Shown in pieces: positions 58,698 through 64,000 of a stretch of DNA of 64,000 nucleotides. Position numbers and translations under genes: made by a program. The stretch comes from a virus (lineage: Duplodnaviria > Caudoviricetes). Numbering within the stretch: position 1 is the first letter of the stretch; each line of letters starts with the position of its first letter. The DNA is taken from the IMG/VR virus record IMGVR_UViG_3300027757_000725, positions 1 through 64,000 of that record; one strand, given 5' to 3'. The notes under the pieces were generated by a model that had not been told where the DNA came from, searched no databases, and saw only the letters and a program-made list of their open reading frames with translations.

Positions 58698-59743
58698 TTG
58701 AATATAAGAAAATTTTAGAAGAGCTTGGATATCGCTTAAAAGATCATGGATTATACTGGCGTACAAATGCTGTGTATAGATCTGGTAATAATGGTTCAGC
58801 TTTACAGATTTACAAAGACACTGGTGTATGGAAGGATTATGTCGAAGATAGCTTATTTTTACCTTTCGAAGCTCTAGTTGAAAAAACATTAGGTACAAAG
58901 GATGGATCAGTAATTAAATCTTATTTAAATAATAATGACCCATCAGAAACATACAAACCAGCATCAAGAAAATTATTGAAAGAAGAAAAAACATATTCGC
59001 AAGACTCTTTGTCTAGGCTACTACCTCATTACGATTTTTACCTTGACAAAGGCATATCTAAATCCACTATAGAGGAATTTAAATGCGGTCTAGCAATGTC
59101 GAACAAAATGTATCAACGTTTAGTTTTTCCAATACTTAGAGAAGATGGGAAGATACACGGCTTTTCTGGAAGAAAGGTTACAGAAGATGAGAAGCCAAAG
59201 TGGCTTCATTCTGGGAGGTGTTCAGATTGGTTTTATCCATATCACACAACATCAGGCACAAAAAAAGCCATAGAAGAATCTAATTCTGTTCATATTGTAG
59301 AGTCAATTGGTGATTGTATATCTTTATATGACAACGGAGTAAAAAATGTTTTGGTATCCTTTGGCTTAAACGTTTCACCTAAGTTTATATCTAGACTGAG
59401 TAGCCTTAGGGTTGATAAGATATTTGTTTCGTTTAACAATGATTTCAACTCAGAAAAGAATAGGGGTTTTGAGGGCGCAATTAAATCTGTATTTAAGTTG
59501 ATTCAAAGCTTAGATTTCAAGAAAATATATTTCTCCCCGCCTTCGACTAATGACTTTGGAGACATGACAGAAAAAGATATTAAAACTTACATGACTCATT
59601 GTAAAAATATGGAGCACAAATCTTCTTCTTCTGATATCTTATCTATAGCTACAGAAATGGAAGCTAAAGGCGTAAACAAGTCTTTTACTGCAAGTTTAAA
59701 AAAATACAAAAAAACATACGATTTTAATTATGGAAACATCTAA
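58694..59743 (+). CDS. dnaG: DnaG-like Toprim primase
   Basis: RLVFPI..GKIHGFSGR, PKW, IVESIGD, FNND, NDFGDM. Confidence 0.85.
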   Translation: MIEYKKILEELGYRLKDHGLYWRTNAVYRSGNNGSALQIYKDTGVWKDYVEDSLFLPFEALVEKTLGTKDGSVIKSYLNNNDPSETYKPASRKLLKEEKTYSQDSLSRLLPHYDFYLDKGISKSTIEEFKCGLAMSNKMYQRLVFPILREDGKIHGFSGRKVTEDEKPKWLHSGRCSDWFYPYHTTSGTKKAIEESNSVHIVESIGDCISLYDNGVKNVLVSFGLNVSPKFISRLSSLRVDKIFVSFNNDFNSEKNRGFEGAIKSVFKLIQSLDFKKIYFSPPSTNDFGDMTEKDIKTYMTHCKNMEHKSSSSDILSIATEMEAKGVNKSFTASLKKYKKTYDFNYGNI

Positions 59744-60773
59744 CAAACCATTATCAGCCTCAAGAATAAAAACGTTACAAACTTGTTCTTGGCAGTATTG
59801 GAGCAAATATCATCTACGCTTGCCTGATAAATCTAACCACGGATCTTTACGTGGTACTATATGTCACGCAGTCTTTGAGTTGCTCGGAGATCCCAAGCAT
59901 AGGCATCACTATACAAAAATTGTCAAGAAGCAAAACATACAGGCATCTCCAGCTATTGACAGGATGGTTTTAGCTTATGCTAAAAAATACGAAATTGATG
60001 ATTTTGAAAACCTAGACCTTGTAAACGAAATGATACTTGAAGGTTTAAATTACGATTTTTTTGGCGATAAAGATGGGAAACCTACCAAAAGTATCTCGGA
60101 AGAAAAGTTTGATATATGTGTAGAAGAGGACGAAAAATCTTATAGGATTCTTGGCTTTATTGATAAATTGTATTTGTTTAAAAGAAAGAAGACGGCTCTT
60201 ATAAGAGACTTCAAAACTTCAAAAGCTATTTTCTCAGGCAAAGAGTATGATGATAATATACAGGACTTAATGTATTGTTTGGCTATTAAACACCTTTACC
60301 CTGAATATATAAAAAGAAAAATGGAGTTTCTTTTTCTTAAATTTGATTGTAATAACGAGGGTTTGTTACAGATGGAAGAGATTGATACAGATGAGCTTGA
60401 AGGCTTCGAGTACTTTCTAACAGAAGTTCAAAAAACGATAAACAACTTTAACGAAGAGACGGCAAAAAGTAATCTTGCAAAAGATATGGGCTTTCCCAAA
60501 AAAGAAGATGGATTTGCTGGAAAGATTGTTTGCGGTTTTGCTGATTATGCTGGTAAACTAAAAAAAGATGGAACCCCAATGTGGCATTGTCCTTTTAAGT
60601 TTGCTTTTGATTATTACCACCTTCTTGATGAGGATGGAAACTACTTATCTTCTGCTTACGACAAAGAAACTCTTGAAGAACGTTTAGAAGATGGGTTTGG
60701 GTCTAAGATTAAAAAACTCAGGTATAAAGGTTGCCCAGCTTTTAGGGTTGACAACGTCAGCAACTTATTATAA
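59730..60773 (+). CDS. PD-(D/E)xK (RecB/AddB/Cas4-like) exonuclease
   Basis: LSASRI..C, GTICH, GFIDKL, IRDFKTSK, Q..MY. Confidence 0.85.
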   Translation: METSNKPLSASRIKTLQTCSWQYWSKYHLRLPDKSNHGSLRGTICHAVFELLGDPKHRHHYTKIVKKQNIQASPAIDRMVLAYAKKYEIDDFENLDLVNEMILEGLNYDFFGDKDGKPTKSISEEKFDICVEEDEKSYRILGFIDKLYLFKRKKTALIRDFKTSKAIFSGKEYDDNIQDLMYCLAIKHLYPEYIKRKMEFLFLKFDCNNEGLLQMEEIDTDELEGFEYFLTEVQKTINNFNEETAKSNLAKDMGFPKKEDGFAGKIVCGFADYAGKLKKDGTPMWHCPFKFAFDYYHLLDEDGNYLSSAYDKETLEERLEDGFGSKIKKLRYKGCPAFRVDNVSNLL

Positions 60774-60776
60774 GAT
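60748..60776 (+). promoter_or_regulatory. Sigma70-type promoter TTGACA-17-TAAGAT
   Basis: 8 nt before ATG 60785. Confidence 0.7.
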
Positions 60777-60784
60777 GGTGAATC

Positions 60785-61483
60785 ATGATACCATTATTTA
60801 AAACTCATTACAGTATAGGTAAGTCAATACTTACGGCTGAATCTATTTTGAACATAGCTAAAGATAATAACTTAAAAGAAGTTGTTGTTGTTGAGGATTC
60901 TTTCTATGGATTTAGATCTTTAAACAAGACATTTAAAGAAGAAAATATAAAATTCATTTTTGGGATTAGACTGCCCGTTGTTCAGAATCATAACGATTCT
61001 GAATCCAGACCAAGTAAGCTTATATTTTTTGCTAAAAACAACAACGGTGTCAAAAAAATAAAAAAGCTCTATACAGACGCTTTTACAAGCGATTATAAAT
61101 CAGTGTCTATTTCAGATTATGATATTGATTTTTTTAAAGACGTTAAAGTTTCTGTTCCTTTTTATGATTCTTACATTTATGAAAACCTATTTCATTTTGG
61201 TATGTCTTCTATAGATTTGTCTTCAATAGATCATTCATTTTTCGTAGAAGATAACGACCACCCGTTTGACTTTCAAATAAAAAGAGCTATAGAAGGCTTA
61301 AGTGAGAATACCTTAAAGGTTAAGAGTATTTACTATGAGAAAAAAGAGGATTTCCATGCCTTTCAGATGTACAAGTCAGTTTGTTCTCGCAAGCAAGGTA
61401 GACCACCCACTTTTAGTAATCCAAATATAAATCACTTTTGTTCAGAAGAGTTTTGTTGGGAGTCTTACTTAGAAAGAAATTAA
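60785..61483 (+). CDS. Stand-alone, degenerate PHP domain of DNA Pol III alpha
   Basis: FKTHYSIGKSI, FIFGIRL, LIFFAKNNNG match the DnaE N-terminal pattern. Confidence 0.75.
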   Translation: MIPLFKTHYSIGKSILTAESILNIAKDNNLKEVVVVEDSFYGFRSLNKTFKEENIKFIFGIRLPVVQNHNDSESRPSKLIFFAKNNNGVKKIKKLYTDAFTSDYKSVSISDYDIDFFKDVKVSVPFYDSYIYENLFHFGMSSIDLSSIDHSFFVEDNDHPFDFQIKRAIEGLSENTLKVKSIYYEKKEDFHAFQMYKSVCSRKQGRPPTFSNPNINHFCSEEFCWESYLERN

Positions 61484-61484
61484 A

Positions 61485-62129
61485 ATGAAGAAAGTAGCTT
61501 TTGTTGGTCACTGCCATTGCTTTGGTTTTGCTTACTATTTTAGTAAGCTATTTCCAGATGTTGAGGTTGCTTGCATCTTACCTAAAATTTACAGAAAAGA
61601 TAAATGGTATAGCTTTGTGCCAAAATCTTTGCTAATAGAAAATTTAATAATAGAAGATTTTCATGAAGCAACTCGCTATTTAAAAGATTGTGACCATGTA
61701 TTTACTGCGAATATAGGAGAGCCAGAATGTTCTCTTTACACAACTGATATAATTAGAGATTACTTAAATAAAAATGCAAAACTAATAATAATTACTGGCA
61801 TTATGTGGAATAAATCTGACACAATTAGGAAACTACGTCTTTTGGAACACTCTGCTAAATTTAAAAATAGAAATATTCACATGTCAGAACAAATCGATTT
61901 TGATTCTTTTTTTGGTTTGTGGAACATTGTTAATAAATTTCCAAGAAGTAAGATTATGCAGGACTATGACGAAAGTTTAAACCCAACCTCAAGTTGGTGT
62001 ACGCCCTTGTTTTATTTAGAATCATTGAGAGAGTTTTGTCAAGTCTACAACAAGCCGTTTTTTGACCAAGAGACTTATAATTCCTTGGTTGACAATATCT
62101 TTCCATACAACCATAAGTGTTTAAATTAG
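61485..62129 (+). CDS. Possible WcbI-like polysaccharide-modification protein
   Basis: N-terminal KVAFVGHCH resembles the WcbI GNCQ motif; weak. Confidence 0.35.
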   Translation: MKKVAFVGHCHCFGFAYYFSKLFPDVEVACILPKIYRKDKWYSFVPKSLLIENLIIEDFHEATRYLKDCDHVFTANIGEPECSLYTTDIIRDYLNKNAKLIIITGIMWNKSDTIRKLRLLEHSAKFKNRNIHMSEQIDFDSFFGLWNIVNKFPRSKIMQDYDESLNPTSSWCTPLFYLESLREFCQVYNKPFFDQETYNSLVDNIFPYNHKCLN

Positions 62130-62205
62130 TAAAAAACCGTGGTTAATTTTTATACATAATGTCTCTTGACTTAATGTATTTTCTTGCTATTATTTGGTTA
62201 GCAAG

Positions 62206-62820
62206 ATGCTTAAATACAATCAAAAATATATAGTATTCGATACTGAAACAGAAGGTCTAAACTTACACTCTTCCAAGCCTTGGCAGGTCGCTTGGATAGT
62301 ATGTCAAGGTGAAAGGGTAATCGAAACACACAACAGGTTTGTTGATTTTCCAGATTTAGATGTTCCAGATATAGTAAAAAAACTAACAGGTTTTTCTTGG
62401 TCGACTTATAATGAAAAAAAGGAACCGCTGGAAGATGTTTGGTCTGATTTTAAAAGCTACCTTTATGATCCTCAATATAAGATAGTTGGTCAGAACTTAT
62501 TAGGTTTTGATGTCTACATGGTCTCTGAAATGCAAAGAATACTGGGTGAAAAACCAGATTACTCTTATATGGAAAGAATTTATGACACTCGTCCTTTAGG
62601 TAAGGCTTATAGAGAAAACATAGACAAACCTAAAGGAGACATGCTTAGTTGGCAATATAAAATGATGCATGATAGAAGCTTAAAAGCCAAAGTTTCACAA
62701 CTACAATTACTCAAGTTTTTCGACATCGATTTTGATGAAGCGAAGCTTCATGACGCTCTTTATGATATACAAATGTGCTACAAGGTTTTTTCTTCAATAA
62801 AGAAAGGAATGAATTTATGA
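62206..62820 (+). CDS. DEDDh 3'-5' exonuclease (DnaQ-like)
   Basis: FDTETEG, GQNLLGFD, HDALYD; promoter TTGACT-16-TATTAT at 62166-62193 favours ATG 62206. Confidence 0.9.
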   Translation: MLKYNQKYIVFDTETEGLNLHSSKPWQVAWIVCQGERVIETHNRFVDFPDLDVPDIVKKLTGFSWSTYNEKKEPLEDVWSDFKSYLYDPQYKIVGQNLLGFDVYMVSEMQRILGEKPDYSYMERIYDTRPLGKAYRENIDKPKGDMLSWQYKMMHDRSLKAKVSQLQLLKFFDIDFDEAKLHDALYDIQMCYKVFSSIKKGMNL

Positions 62821-64000
62821 TTTTTGATGATTTTTCTGATTATGACGACTGTGAGCCAGCTGGGGTTGAACTCCCGCACACTCCAGTAGATAGCAAGGTT
62901 TTAGCTGGTTTGGGATTAAGTGATGACAGCTCAAACAAAGAAATAATGTTCGAACTTGCTCGCAAAGGTCTTCGTGATAAAGGTATTAGTAAATTCGATA
63001 ATAAAAAGGTTTACTACGATAGAACTAAAAAGGAGTTAGAGACCCTTGATGAATTAGGATTTACAGACTACATACTTTTAAATTGGGACATCTTAAATTA
63101 TTGCCATGATAATGACATACCAGTTGGTGCTGGTAGGGGTAGTGCTGCTGGTTCCTTAGTTTTATTCTTATTGGGTGTAACCAACATCGACCCAATACCT
63201 CATGATTTATTTTTTGAAAGATTTGTTTCCAAAAGTAGAGCAAAGAAAGTTTTTGACAAGCGTGGCAAAGAATTTCTAGTGGGTAGTTTGCTTCCAGATG
63301 TTGACTCAGATATATCTTACGAAAAAAGACAACAGGTAATTAACTATATCGAAAAAGTTCACAAAGGTAAAACGGCAAAAATATTAACATTCAATACATT
63401 CAGTTCTAAGCTCTGTATAAGAGAATGCGTAAAATATTTTAATAACGCCAAAGAAGAGGAGGCTGGTAGAATCAGCGACATGATTCCGAAGATGCACGGC
63501 AAAGTTTCACTCCTTAAGGATGCCAGAGAGGAGAACCAAAAGTTTATGGAGTGGTCTGTTGACCACCGAGAAACTTTCGAAAACGCTTTAAAGATTCAAG
63601 GTTTAAATAAAAACTCTGGAGTTCATCCGTCTGGTATTGCCATATGTTCTCAAAGCATAGGCGATGTTGTTCCCCTACAGAAAACAAAAGACGGAGATTT
63701 AGTTACAGCTTATGACATGAACGATGTAGCGGACCTGATGGTAAAGTTTGATATTTTAGGACTAAGAACTTTGACAATTGCTCATAAAGCTTGCGAAAAA
63801 ATAGGTATAAATTTTGAAGACGTAGATGAGAATGATAGCTCAATTTATGAAACACTTCAAAATTTCAATTATCCAGTTGGTCTTTTTCAAATTTCTGCAG
63901 AAACTAACTTCAGGGTTTGTCAGCAAGTCAAGCCCTGCAACTTAGACGAATTATCTGATGTTGTAGCTCTTGCAAGACCAGGGGCCTTACAATTCACTGA
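62817..64000 (+). CDS. dnaE: DNA polymerase III alpha catalytic core lacking PHP; truncated by the window end
   Basis: Manual translation from ATG 62817: GFTDYIL, GAGRGSAAGS, FERF, PDVDSD, HPSG, KFDILGL, GLFQ, ALARPG. Confidence 0.95.
   Translation, partial: MIFDDFSDYDDCEPAGVELPHTPVDSKVLAGLGLSDDSSNKEIMFELARKGLRDKGISKFDNKKVYYDRTKKELETLDELGFTDYILLNWDILNYCHDNDIPVGAGRGSAAGSLVLFLLGVTNIDPIPHDLFFERFVSKSRAKKVFDKRGKEFLVGSLLPDVDSDISYEKRQQVINYIEKVHKGKTAKILTFNTFSSKLCIRECVKYFNNAKEEEAGRISDMIPKMHGKVSLLKDAREENQKFMEWSVDHRETFENALKIQGLNKNSGVHPSGIAICSQSIGDVVPLQKTKDGDLVTAYDMNDVADLMVKFDILGLRTLTIAHKACEKIGINFEDVDENDSSIYETLQNFNYPVGLFQISAETNFRVCQQVKPCNLDELSDVVALARPGALQFT

Noticed and set aside
350-63243. Many short (60-160 aa) ORFs antisense to or nested within long genes, such as 4101-4586, 10405-10863, 21389-21736 and 63061-63243
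   Set aside because: Shadow ORFs of well-supported genes, with no motifs or independent promoters
1-64000. CRISPR array, tRNA genes, integrase/transposase, reverse transcriptase or DGR
   Set aside because: No repeat-spacer periodicity, tRNA cloverleaf with T-loop consensus, or matching catalytic motifs seen; the PD-(D/E)xK ORF at 59730 has no cas context
1-64000. Stop-codon reassignment (alternative genetic code)
   Set aside because: Genes are full length and densely packed under the standard code; only two in-frame stop-start junctions exist and are reported separately
3826-64000. Inteins or introns in terL, nrdA, dnaB, recA or dnaE
   Set aside because: Protein lengths are ordinary or short, and no intein termini or homing-endonuclease motifs are visible in the part shown

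Overview
The window is 64 kb of a large, AT-rich, tailed dsDNA phage (Caudoviricetes). No tail sheath is visible, so it is probably siphovirus-like; no integrase is seen. Layout: (1) the end of a leftward early region (1-520); (2) a rightward packaging/head/tail module (757-31605) with a sigma factor, ERCC4 nuclease, terminase, portal, an inserted sulfotransferase, protease/scaffold, capsid, neck, tail tube, chaperones, tape measure and tail tip; (3) a leftward operon with a Whirly-like SSB, two GT-B glycosyltransferases and a probable ssDNA-annealing protein; (4) three paralogous fibre genes; (5) a leftward operon with a second sigma factor and a GT4; (6) a candidate structured small RNA, a class Id-type ribonucleotide reductase and Hsp20; (7) a sugar-biosynthesis cluster (Maf-like transferase, HpcH aldolase, CMP-sugar synthetase, HAD, GTs, Gmd); (8) a replication module (RecA, DnaB, primase, PD-(D/E)xK nucleases, and a Pol III alpha split into PHP, DEDDh exonuclease and DnaE core). 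Best leads: a phage-encoded CMP-ulosonate and glycan-decoration system alongside Ser/Thr-Gly-enriched virion proteins; a GTGTA[A/T] late-promoter motif implying leaderless mRNAs; and a standalone sRNA. All functional calls rest on motif recognition and synteny, not database searches.
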